From Spironucleus salmonicida (lineage: Eukaryota): a stretch of 64,000 nucleotides of DNA. The stretch covers positions 930,001 to 994,000 of the forward strand of contig NC_090602.1 in NCBI RefSeq assembly GCF_000497125.1, given 5' to 3'. Of the stretch, positions 1 to 11,700 are shown piece after piece. Positions within the stretch are counted from its first letter, which is position 1, and every line of letters begins with the position of its first letter. A program made the position numbers and the translations under genes. The notes below the pieces were generated by a model. It ran no database searches. It was not told where the DNA came from and worked only from the letters and a program-made list of their open reading frames with translations.

Positions 1-3000
1 ATACGAAAGTATAGTAAAACATGTAGGTTATTTTATTTGGCCTCAAGAGCTAATAGATTAGACTAGATGTTGCAGATTGCCTAGAAATTATCAAGAAGAA
101 TCATGTAAATGATTTGCTAAAGTTTTAAAAACATTAGGTCATCGCCAGCGTCGTCAATATTGTCAGAGATATCAAAAGCGTTACTAAAAATACCATCGGC
201 CTGTCATAGGACATTTAGGATGCCATTGCGCAATAAGATGTGAAAGCTATTCTGAACAAAGTTACAGATGAACCCTGGGAGGACCAGCGGCTATCCACTC
301 TGCTAGAGCTGCTGAAAGCTCTATTAGTGCACTACCCATCTATTTTAACAGATTCATTTTGTACCTGTATAACGAATATTTTAACTTAGATTTCTTAGCA
401 GAATGACTTACTTTTAGATTTATCAAAAGTTTTGTCCAACGATGAGGGAATCCAGAACTAGTTTATACGTTAGTAAACTAGTAAAGTCATCGTCAGCGTC
501 GTCAATATTGTCAGAGATATCAAAAGCGTTACTAAAAATACCATCGGCCTGCCATAGGACATTTAGGATGCCATTGCGCAATAAGATGTGAAAGCTATTC
601 TGAACAAAGTTCCAGATGAACCCTGGGAGGACCAGCGGCTATCCACTCTGCTAGAGCTGCTGAAAGCTCTATTAGTGCACTGTCCATTGTTTATCAATAC
701 GAAAGTATAGTAAAACATGTAGGTTATTTTATTTGGCCTCAAGAACTAATAGATTAGACTAGATGTTGCAGATTGCCTAGAAATTATCAAGAAGAATCCT
801 GTAAATGATTTGCTAAAGTTTTAAAAACATTAGGTCATCGTCAGCGTCGTCAATATTGTCAGAGATATCAAAAGTGTTACTAAAAATACCATCGGCCTGT
901 CATAGGACATTTAGGATGCCATTGCGCAATAAGATGTGAAAGCTATTCTGAACAAAGTTACAGATGAACCCTGGGAGGACCAGCGGCTATCCACTCTGCT
1001 AGAGCTGCTGAAAGCTCTATTAGTGCACTGTCCATTGTTTATCAATACGAAAGTATAGTAAAACATGTAGGTTATTTTATTTGGCCTCAAGAGCTAATAG
1101 ATTAGACTAGATGTTGCAGATTGCCTAGAAATTATCAAGAAGAATCATGTAAATGATTTGCTAAAGTTTTAAAAACATTAGGTCATCGCCAGCGTCGTCA
1201 ATATTGTCAGAGATATCAAAAGCGTTACTAAAAATACCATCGGCCTGTCATAGGACATTTAGGATGCCATTGCGCAATAAGATGTGAAAGCTATTCTGAA
1301 CAAAGTTACAGATGAACCCTGGGAGGACCAGCGGCTATCCACTCTGCTAGAGCTGCTGAAAGCTCTATTAGTGCACTACCCATCTATTTTAACAGATTCA
1401 TTTTGTACCTGTATAACGAATATTTTAACTTAGATTTCTTAGCAGAATGACTTACTTTTAGATTTATCAAAAGTTTTGTCCAACGATGAGGGAATCCAGA
1501 ACTAGTTTATACGTTAGTAAACTAGTGAAGTCATCGCCAGCGTCGTCAATATTGTCAGAGATATCAAAAGCGTTACTAAAAATACCATCGGCCTGCCATA
1601 GGACATTTAGGATGCCATTGCGCAATAAGATGTGAAAGCTATTCTGAACAAAGTTCCAGATGAACCCTGGAAGGACCAGCGGCTATCCACTCTGCTAGAG
1701 CTGCTGAAAGCTCTATTAGTGCACTACCCATCTATTTTAACAGATTCATTTTGTACCTGTATAACGAATATTTTAACTTAGATTTCTTAGCAGAATGACT
1801 TACTTTTAGATTTATCAAAAGTTTTGTCCAACGATGAGGGAATCCAGAACTAGTTTATACGTTAGTAAACTAGTGAAGTCATCGCCAGCGTCGTCAATAT
1901 TGTCAGAGATATCAAAAGCGTTACTAAAAATACCATCGGCCTGCCATAGGACATTTAGGATGCCATTGCGCAATAAGATGTGAAAGCTATTCTGAACAAA
2001 GTTCCAGATGAACCCTGGAAGGACCAGCGGCTATCCACTCTGCTAGAGCTGCTGAAAGCTCTATTAGTGCACTACCCATCTATTTTAACAGATTCATTTT
2101 GTACCTGTATAACGAATATTTTAACTTAGATTTCTTAGCAGAATGACTTACTTTTAGATTTATCAAAAGTTTTGTCCAACGATGAGGGAATCCAGAACTA
2201 GTTTATACGTTAGTAAACTAGTAAAGTCATCGTCAGCGTCGTCAATATTGTCAGAGATATCAAAAGCGTTACTAAAAATACCATCGGCCTGCCATAGGAC
2301 ATTTAGGATGCCATTGCGCAATAAGATGTGAAAGCTATTCTGAACAAAGTTCCAGATGAACCCTGGGAGGACCAGCGGCTATCCACTCTGCTAGAGCTGC
2401 TGAAAGCTCTATTAGTGCACTGTCCATTGTTTATCAATACGAAAGTATAGTAAAACATGTAGGTTATTTTATTTGGCCTCAAGAACTAATAGATTAGACT
2501 AGATGTTGCAGATTGCCTAGAAATTATCAAGAAGAATCCTGTAAATGATTTGCTAAAGTTTTAAAAACATTAGGTCATCGTCAGCGTCGTCAATATTGTC
2601 AGAGATATCAAAAGTGTTACTAAAAATACCATCGGCCTGTCATAGGACATTTAGGATGCCATTGCGCAATAAGATGTGAAAGCTATTCTGAACAAAGTTC
2701 CAGATGAACCCTGGGAGGACCAGCGGCTATCCACTCTGCTAGAGCTGCTGAAAGCTCTATTAGTGCACTGTCCATTGTTTATCAATACGAAAGTATAGTA
2801 AAACATGTAGGTTATTTTATTTGGCCTCAAGAACTAATAGATTAGACTAGATGTTGCAGATTGCCTAGAAATTATCAAGAAGAATCCTGTAAATGATTTG
2901 CTAAAGTTTTAAAAACATTAGGTCATCGCCAGCGTCGTCAATATTGTCAGAGATATCAAAAGCGTTACTGAAAATACCATCGGCCTGTCATAGGACATTT

Positions 3001-3086
3001 AGGATGCCATTGCGCAATAAGATGTGAAAGCTATTCTGAACAAAGTTCCAGATGAACCCTGGAAGGACCAGCGGCTATCCACTCTG
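1..3086 (+). repeat. Coding tandem array with an exact 348-bp period: shared ~196-bp core plus one of two alternative ~152-bp tails (A or B)
   Basis: The core start GTCATCGYCAGCGTCGTC recurs at 138, 486, 834, 1182, 1530, 1878, 2226, 2574 and 2922. Tail order is (B partial),A,B,B,A,A,A,B,B, then a divergent terminal unit after ~3086. Confidence 0.97.
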
Positions 3087-4883
3087 TTAGCTCTGTTTAT
3101 TACATTATTTGACTAATTTCCATTAAAAACTCTTTTATCACAATATCAGAATTTTAATATCATTTCTTACAATTTTTAAAGAATTAACAATGTCAAGTTT
3201 GATTAATATAATAATATGTTATTGCTAGTCGATGAAGTTTTATTCTAATAGAACAAAAGAAGATAATAAGTTGAAGCATTAACTTTTAGCAAATATGAAT
3301 AATACTCTAAATTAAACAATCCTAGCTAATATTTAAATTATTTTATGGAAAATTCTCCAATAGCAGGAAATTAAAGAGAGATCAATGAAGTTTAAAAATA
3401 TTATAAATAACTAGATTTTATTTCCTAAGATCGAAGACTATTTTTATTTACTGAAGAATTGTATAATTTAAGACGTATGGAGTCAATTTTTTGGAGAAAT
3501 ATTAGTCTACGCAGTCTTCATTATAATAAGAATATTAATAAGTCTGACAATATTATTAAATAATGCATATTTGCTGGCACTGATATGTCGTTGTTTAATT
3601 TTATTAAACATAATAATATTTAGAAAAATATATTATCAAGCTCAGACATTACCAGTTATTAGCATAGTAAAATTATTGGCCTGCCTTATCCACATGTATA
3701 GTTGTCTAAATAAATATTTAAAAATTAGTAAATTACACTAGCATTAGATGATTAAGTAAGCTTAATTACTAAAGTTAATTCATTTGCATAGGTTTCTATT
3801 ATTGATTATTACAATATATAATGTCCTGAAAAAGCATTATAAAAATAGTTATATTTGCCATTTATATCACCTTAGTTATGGCTTGTGAACAATAATAATG
3901 AGGATTCTAAAAAGTGTGTATGTTTCAATAATCTTGTTAAAATTAATATTAATAATTCATAATTATACTCAGTTAATAAGTAAAATTGTTTTAGTTAATA
4001 TTTTGAAATTATAAAAAATAGTACAAATATTTCATACCACGTTAATTCAAATAAATAAAATGGGTGTACATTATTAACTACCTCCTCAGGTTATATTAAT
4101 TTATCACAGTTAGCATTATTTTATTATGAGGTTTAATAATCATTTGATAATTTGCTCAACTAACTTAATAATAAAACTATATCTAAGATATTGCTGTCAT
4201 AAAAAAAATAATATTTAACAGAAATTAACTCTCTATTACTATTTCTGTATACTATTACTGGATGTGATGCTTTAGTCTGCAACTTCACTCAGATATTCAA
4301 GTAATAAGAACTTTATTCAATTTATTTTAATATTTTTGGTAGCCGTCTTACATAGATTGATTCATTCCATTTAATTAAAAGTTAATGCAAAGGTGCAAAG
4401 TTTATTTGCCTATAACAGCCATTTGATGATTTTATTTTTGATGATATTAATTATAGCTAGTTTTAAAAAATGCTATTATAGAAAGGGATACATTATTCAA
4501 ATCTTATTTTTTAATAATTAAAGACAAGTTAAAATTGCTAAACTTTAATCTGTGCTATTTCTATTGAGAAATAAGGTTTATTCTAAAGATTTCAAAATAT
4601 TGACTAGAAATCACCGGATTTTTTAATTACTTTTCATGGATTGAGCAGTCTAGGTGACATAATGAGCTAGGAAGGAGATACATATTACGCTACATTTGAC
4701 TCTGGAAATCATAGCACCATAGGACTGAGGGAAAAAACGAAAAATTTCTCAAAGTCCATTATACAAGTAGGTACTCTTTTTTCTGCAATTAATCTTTATG
4801 AATCAAACATTGAAACGCCTGAAAGCATGTTAAGAATTCATGACAAGGAAATTAAGTCTGCAATGAACGATTTATTTAAGTGA
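3..4883 (+). CDS. 5'-partial large hypothetical protein with 116-aa tandem helical repeats followed by a unique ~600-aa C-terminal region
   Basis: Frame 3 is open in all stretches translated when TAA/TAG=Gln (…VIASVVNIVRDIKSVTKNTIGLSQDIQDAIAQQDVKAILNKVTDEPWEDQRLSTLLELLKALLVH…); frames 1 and 2 hit TGA within 250 nt. Ends …AMNDLFK-TGA (AAG TGA) at 4881-4883. The start lies outside the window. Confidence 0.85.
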
Positions 4884-5298
4884 TACTTAATTTAATTTCT
4901 TATTTAGTTATTCTGCAGCTAAAGTTTATCAGAAATCCTGCATTAAAAACTTTTAAACGCACTGTAAACAATATTTTAGAGTATTAAAAATCTAAATGTA
5001 ATACAAAATATCCATTACATCCGAGATTTATGAGAATACTACAATGATAGATACTATAAAAGTTAAATTGGCGTTTGATTGCATTTTAATTTACATGGAA
5101 ATGTGATAATGCGAGTTTTAAACATACTTTGAGGCTGAAGTATGGATAACTGTACTAACTAACATCTACAAGAATTCACAATAGCGCTAAAGGCGTCTAC
5201 TAAAACACCCAACTGAAGTAAAATTCGAACAAATGGTGCTATAATAAACGTTACAACTCGGTAAGTGGTCTCTTCACCTCAATCCGTACCACACCAAG

Positions 5299-6042
5299 TC
5301 AACCCCCTCCAGCCCCTGCACAGCTGTTGGTCATTATATCCTCAATCACCAGGTCCTACCCAGCCCTAAAAGGTACGTACTGGAGCGGCTCTCCTGAATT
5401 TTTCCGTGCGAGTTCTAGCTGCAGCTGCAACGCGCAGATTTCCCTGCTCTGCAGCGCGTCCCGGTGCTCCTGCGCTTTCACGTAATTCGTGAGCTTGCGC
5501 AGCGTTATCGACTCGAAGTTTTTGAGCCTTCTGGCGAGAGCCAGCAACTTGTTCTGGTCCACAGTGTCCTTTTAGAGAGTGATGCGCAGATCCTTTAGCT
5601 GCGCCACGACAGGCTGGAGGCCGGGGAAAGGAGGGAGAATTACGACCTTTTGGGCATGAAAACGGCTATTTTGCAGATCGTTTTCGCTGCTTTATGCCGC
5701 TAGCTACTGCCCCAGGAAATTGATGCGCTCCTGCTGACTGGAAATTATTTCCTCCGCCGTTTTCAGTTTTCCGCCGGACAGCTTGCTCTGCTGGTTCAGT
5801 TCCACTGCCTGCTTTATTTTCGGGATTAGCTACTTGAGCTGGTCCTGCAGCTCATCGTTACTTTCCTGCAGGTTGAAATTTTGCTCTTGCAGCTCTTTGA
5901 TGGCTTTTTGGTAGTTCTTTTCCTTCTATGTAAACTTCATTTCCGCTACTATGATATCCACTGTACTCAGTTTGTTGCGTTTGCGGTTCATATACGAGGC
6001 GTTCATGTTAAGCGCTGTTGGCGACAAAACCGCAGAGCGCAT
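5299..6042 (-). CDS. Hypothetical coiled-coil protein, 247 aa
   Basis: AAAATG start (MRSAVLSPTALNMNASYMNRKRNK…), E/Q/K-rich heptads, open under table 6 through the 5356-5562 track fragment to TGA at 5301-5299. Confidence 0.8.
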
Positions 6043-6099
6043 TTTCTGAAAATATAGTAATATACATATAATATAATTTTAAAATACCCTTTCTTTCTA
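6043..6099. promoter_or_regulatory. 57-bp bidirectional promoter (AT/TATA-like core, C-rich element before the + strand ATG)
   Basis: Divergent ATGs at 6042 (-) and 6100 (+); TATACATATAATATAA core and TACCCTTTCTTTCT immediately before the ATG. Confidence 0.6.
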
Positions 6100-6567
6100 A
6101 TGGATTTCTTGAAGAAATTCTAAGTATAGTCAAAATTGAAAGAGGATGAGGAGTAAAAGCGTGAAATATAAAATTTATAGATATAGAATCCATATCACGA
6201 CTTTCCAGACTCTCCTCGCCATATTTACAAAAAGTTGACTGAGCTTTGTAAGATAACGGAATTAGAGGAAGATAATACAGAATTTACAGGATTCAAAACG
6301 CTTTAAGAAGATTTTATTATAACAGCAGATGATAAAAGATCAGTAAGGGTCATTGGTGTTGCTAGGAATGCAACAGCCACAGACTTGTAGTAGAAGTTTT
6401 GCACAGTTGGCGATATCAAGAAAATTTCATAAGGCGGAGGAGGATGGATCATTGAATTTGTTGATGAATCACTTGTTGCCATGGCTATTGAAAGGATTAG
6501 CGGGTAGATGTTATTAGGTTAAAAATTAAAAGTTGAGTTAAAGAAGACGTTATTAAAAAAGAAGTGA
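6100..6567 (+). CDS. Single-RRM RNA-binding protein, PABPN1/PABP2-like, 155 aa
   Basis: ADDKRSVRVIGVARNATATDLQQKFCTVGDIKKIS…WIIEFVDES…SGQMLLGQKLKVELKKT resembles the PABPN1 RRM pattern (D.RS.YV.NV…AT..EL..HF..CG.V…IEF…GR.IKV..KRT), after a charged N-terminus. AAG TGA stop. Confidence 0.7.
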
Positions 6568-6680
6568 AGGCTGTTATTATCGATTATTTATAGTTGATTG
6601 AAATAAGTCCGTTATTGATATATAATAACTTTTACTATATAATATATTATGTAGTATAATCTATATTTCTTTCCATTAAA

Positions 6681-7673
6681 ATGGCTCCAGAATTCCCTTA
6701 TGAATATACACCTACTCATCCATTTTTATACCAAAAAGAGATTAAAAATTTATAGTATTACATACTTCATATAATATGTATTGTTACAGCACCATTTTTG
6801 GCAATCCCTAAGTTATTGTTAGTATTAATTTGGATGGGAGTTTCTGCATTTTTTGTTTCCGTATTTAATGTCAAAAATTAAAACCTACCATAGAGTAGAA
6901 TAATTTATCCTATTTACAGGTTTTTCTGGTGGTTAGTCTTAAAAACCTAATTTATTCATATTAGAATTATCAATAAACCAAAATAAATGTAACCAGTGTT
7001 AATTTCTAATCATACAAACATGAATGATGTTGTTACTCATGGAGTATTATTGGCACCTAAATATTTAGCAAGATCAGACATGTTTGGAGCTTTTGGTATA
7101 GGACCAGTTATAACAGCTAATAGATCATTATCCGTTTAAAAGAACACTTCAAATGCATAGTTATTAGATGATATGAAACGTATTTGTGATGAATTCAATA
7201 CTAGTCAAACCCCTTTGTAAATATTTCCTGAGGGGACAATTGCAGCTGAACATTGCGTCCTACGTTTTAGAGCTGGTGCTTTTAGATTAAATCATGATGT
7301 ATAGATTGTTGCGTTGAAGTATAAAAAGATGTTGCATAATGCGTGGCTTTGTTAGTCTGGTTTGCGCCATTTAATAGACCTTAGCTGCAATTTTGCAAGT
7401 ATTCTCGAATATATTTATTTAGATGTGGTTAAAAATGAAACACCCGATCAAGCTGGGAAAAGGCTGGCCGATACATTAGGCAGAGTTTATTTGCCGTATA
7501 CTAATGAAGATTATCAATGGTTTAATGGAAAATGTGACTCTAAAGACAGATGCACACATGAGTATATTAAGGATTTTGGTTGGATGGGCCAAATTGACGA
7601 ATGGAAACAAAAATGCAGTGCAAATAATCTTGACTGGAGATACTTCCACGAAGAGTCTTATTTCAAAAAGTGA
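6681..7673 (+). CDS. Lysophospholipid acyltransferase (PlsC/LPCAT-type), 330 aa
   Basis: N-terminal hydrophobic helix, catalytic NHxxxxD (SNHTNMND), IFPEGT and FRAGAF motifs; same frame as track fragment 7362-7673; AAG TGA stop. Confidence 0.92.
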
Positions 7674-7897
7674 TCTAATTTTATCATTGATTTCATGCCA
7701 AAATCATCCAGTTTTAGCAATTTACGGCATTTATCTCTAATTCTGTTGTGACCATGAGAAGCTGGCATGCATATTTGCATTCTCGCGACATGACTATACC
7801 ACATATCATACAGATGTTCAGATGCTGCCATAACTGCTTTCGCCCCGGCAGGCCCAATATTCCAGACCACCAATATGCGGAAATTTCACTTCGCAAA

Positions 7898-8404
7898 ATG
7901 AGCCTCGATGCGATTTTCCAGCAGATAGCGTACCAGATCGACACCGGTGCCACCACGCTCACTATAGACCATGTACTATAGCTGAAAACGATCCAGAAGA
8001 CCCCAGGCGTGCCACTCAGCCAGCAGTTCAGCGTGGCGGAGATGCCGGCGCTCGCCCCGAGCCCCGAGGCGGTGGGACAGCCAGCAGAGCTTTTGGATCA
8101 GCTCGCTGCAGTAGTACTAGGCAACCAATTTTTTAGCGTGCAGGTGGCGTCCCAGCAAGGCCAGAGCCGCCCGGTAGTGAGCACCTGCGCAGCGCAGATT
8201 CTGCACACGCTCATGGAGGTGCGCCGCCGCAGCGTCCCGGAGCGTCTCTGTGATTTCTTTGGAGCTGCACGCGGCGGGGAGGCGGAGGCGCTGCGTGCCG
8301 AGGTGCGGGAGCTGCGGGAGACGCTCGAAATGACGCAGGAGCAGGTGGATCAGCTCATCGCTGAGAACGACGAATTGCAGGCGCAGGTGAGCCTCGTTGT
8401 GTGA
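7898..8404 (+). CDS. Hypothetical protein with C-terminal coiled coil, 168 aa (alternative in-frame ATG at 7754)
   Basis: Track fragments 7748-7981 and 8009-8404 are in one frame joined by TAG=Gln. AAAATG at 7898 has the best start context. C-terminus …LRAEVRELRETLEMTQEQVDQLIAENDELQAQV. Confidence 0.7.
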
Positions 8405-8416
8405 GCAGTTCTAGCG

Positions 8417-8460
8417 CTTATATCACTTTTTACTTATATCACTTCGCACTTATATCACTT
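8417..8460. repeat. Three direct copies of CTTATATCACTT at a 16-bp period (intergenic)
   Basis: Copies start at 8417, 8433 and 8449, just downstream of the 8404 stop and ~300 bp upstream of midasin. Confidence 0.95.
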
Positions 8461-8700
8461 CGTTGCGCGATAACGCCGAAGGGCCACTAATTTTTTTTGT
8501 TTTAAGGTGTTCAATCTGAGCATTTTAGGCACCAAATTTGCCCAAATTTGCCCTGCCACAAACCGCGAATTCCGCTACCCACTTCTCTGATTTTTTATTT
8601 GCACTTTTCGCAATTCGCTCCGCCTCAGTTCCTTCCTTTCTTTGGACTTTAAGCCATTTTCCACTCGAAAACGACCCCTTCCATACACCACTCCTTAATT

Positions 8701-8754
8701 TTTTATATTCTATATAATACTATATAATAATCATATATCGCTCCCTTCCCGAAA
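8701..8754 (+). promoter_or_regulatory. Midasin core promoter: TATA-like repeats plus C-rich element
   Basis: TATATAATA twice, then CGCTCCCTTCCC-GAAA-ATG. Similar C-rich leaders precede the ATGs at 6100, 6681, 21044, 25879(-), 29839(-), 45255(-), 46932 and 48093. Confidence 0.6.
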
Positions 8755-11700
8755 ATGCCGTTCATTCACCCCCAGCACCAGCAGCTGCTTGCTGCGATCA
8801 CAGTACCCCACCCGATCCTGATAAGCGGCCCACCAGGCTCTGGAAAAACGTGCCTGGCCAACGCGCTGCGGGACGTCGTGCACCTGCCCCTCAGCGCTTC
8901 CCAGGACCCGAAGGACCTTTTCGGGCAGGTGACGTGCGGCCAGACGCCCGGACAGTTCTTCTTCCGCGCGGGGCCGCTGGCGCGCGCCGCAGAACGCGGC
9001 CAGACGGTCGTTATCGAGGCCGCGCCGTCGCTCGAAATCGACGTTTTTTCTGGCATAATTTGCGTTTTGGACGCGCTGGTGACCGGAAAATCGCAGTTTT
9101 AGCACGGAAATCGCGTTTTTCGCGTTGCGGAAACGTTCAGAATTGTCGTAATTTGCGCCCAAACGGCGAGGCTGCTGAAGAGCAATTTCGCCTCAAATTT
9201 CGTGCAGATTCGGACCCAAAATTTCACTGCGCGGCAGGTCCTGGAGATGGCTGGCGCGCCGTTCCAGCCTTTTGTCGAAATCCTGCGCCCGCTGGAAATG
9301 CCAATTTAGAACTTGCTGAAGGCGATAACGCGGCTCAGAAGCGCGCTGAATCGCCAGGTTTTGACGTTTAACGCGCAGTTTTTGCTCACTTCCGACATTA
9401 ACACCGTGGACGACAAATCGCGGTTTATGATCGTGTCTGAAATCTGCCAGTGCTTCGTTTTTCAGTTTCCGCCCAAAAAGCAGCAATCGCTCATCTAGCA
9501 GCTCGCGTTTTTATTTTTTTTGGACCTAGAGCACTTAAATACGTTCATTTTTGATTAAGAAATTCCAACTGATATAATCAATAATGAGTATTGCGTCGGA
9601 AACTACGTTTTCAAGCAGATTTCTCCCAGTAATTTCAACTTTTAAGCTCCGAATTTCGCGCTCACAAACTACACCAAAATACTGTTAAACTACATCCAAG
9701 CGGCAGTCTCAAACAACGAAAATCTGCTCCTTATATCATCGACAGGAATTGGCAAGACGTACACGCTCGAAATCGCAGCAAAAGCGGCTGGAAACGACCT
9801 CAAAATTGTAAATTTATCCGCCCAAACTGATATAACAGACCTCATCGGCGGCTTCAAACCGGTGAGTCAGCTAAGCGTCGCGCGGACGATTTACTAGAGT
9901 ACCATTGCATTAATAAATGAGGTTTTGGATGCAAAATCCACTTAAAATAACCAGTTTATCGAGCGCATTTTTGCACTTTTCACAGCCAAAAACTATGTAG
10001 AAATGAGCGCTAACTGCATTCGTTTCGTTCGTGCGTTTTAAGGCGCTAAAATGGCCGAAATTTAGCCTTAATAGCATGTTCTTATAAATGAAATCTGTCA
10101 AAATTGCGAGCAAATTCAGCGCTTTGAGAGCGCAGAATCCAAATTTTATTTTTAATTTAAGGAGGGTATACTGACATAAGCGCTGATATAAGGTAGCTTT
10201 ATCCTGTTCGATGAAGTAAATCTGGCATCTACAGAGGTTTTGGAATATTTGCAGCAAGTGCTTCAAAATGACAGTATCGTGATTCCTGACTTCTAGGACG
10301 AAAGTCGTAACTGCCAGGTAGTTCGGAAGCACAAGAATTTCCGAATTTTTGCTAGTATGAATCCTGCAAGCGATGTAGGCAAAAAGTAGCTTCCTGAAGC
10401 GATTTAGCAATAATTCACGGCTATTTATTTAGAAGAAATGTCGAACAAAGCTGATATAACGAAATTGATTCGGACATATTTATAGAATTAGACTATTGAT
10501 GTGGACGATATCGTGGACTGCTATTTTGAGCTTAAAGTGTGGCAGACCAGTAAATTGAAGACTGTAGCTTAGCAAAATCCTGTTTTTTCGATAAGGTTGC
10601 TATGTAGAGCTTTACGGTTCGCTTAAAGACATCATGTAAGTTTGTCTTTGTAGAGAGCCCTTTTCGAGGGGTTTTCCTTGTTTTTCACCAGCAATTTGGA
10701 TGAAGTATCGTCTGAAATGGTCAATACATTACTGCGCCAAACGTTCAAAATCACGCATAATAATTTACAGTTTAAACCAAATATCGAAAATTTGAAGTTT
10801 TTATATCAAAGTGAGCTTTATCATGTAATAGATTAGATTTATTTCCCGATAGGCCCTAAATTTTTGAAAACTAATGATTCCACTGTATCGATATTAGAGA
10901 ATCAAAATTAGTTTGTTCTAACTAAGTAAAATACTGTTTACTTGCATTAAATTATTAAGTCGCTCCTTTCTAACACCTCAGTATTGTTAGAAGGTGTGAC
11001 TTCGTCAGGAAAGTCATCTTTGGTTACATTTTTGGGGAAATAGCTAGGTTATGAAATTGTAAGAATTAATAATCATGAGAATACTGATTTGCAGGATTAT
11101 TTAGGTAGCTTTAGCCCTAATGAAGAGACTGGGTAATTAGAATTTTCCTATGGACCTTTAATTCGTGCCATGAAAGGAGGATATTGGGTTATTCTTGATG
11201 AATTAAATTTATGCAGTAGCGAAGTTTTAGAAGCTTTAAATAGGTTACTAGATGATAATTCTGAAATCTATATTTCTGAAACAAATGAATTTATTAAACC
11301 TGCTCCTGGTTTTGCACTGTTTGCAACGCAGAATCCACCAGGTATTGTAAATGGCTCCAGTTATGGAGGTAGAAAACAGTTATCTGAAGCGTTTAAAAAT
11401 AGATTTGTGATGATTGAAGTTAGTGAAATAACCAACCAAGAACTTGAGTTTATATTATCTAAACGAAATGGAAGTGACTAACTTCCTGAAAAGTTCATAA
11501 AAGGCCTTATAAATATTTGTTCAGATATCAGAGTAAAATTATAAAATACTGTTTCAGGTGTTAATGTTGATTTAGTTTCGTAGTAGTTGACATTACGTGA
11601 TTTATTCAGAGTTGCCGATAGACTTCCTAGTACTATTGATGAGCTGGGTTTAACTATATTTATGCTATTAGGTGAGCGTCAAAGATCGTACGATTTGAAG

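Noticed and set aside
1-3086. CRISPR-like array or transposon (constant repeat plus variable spacer)
   Set aside because: Units are 348 bp and in frame with only two 'spacer' types; no cas or transposase genes or terminal repeats; eukaryotic context.
4620-4720. ADP-ribosyltransferase/PARP-like motif (LITFHG…GDTYYA) at the C-terminus of the repeat protein
   Set aside because: Only a few residues match, spacing is short and no catalytic Glu strand is evident; would need a profile search.
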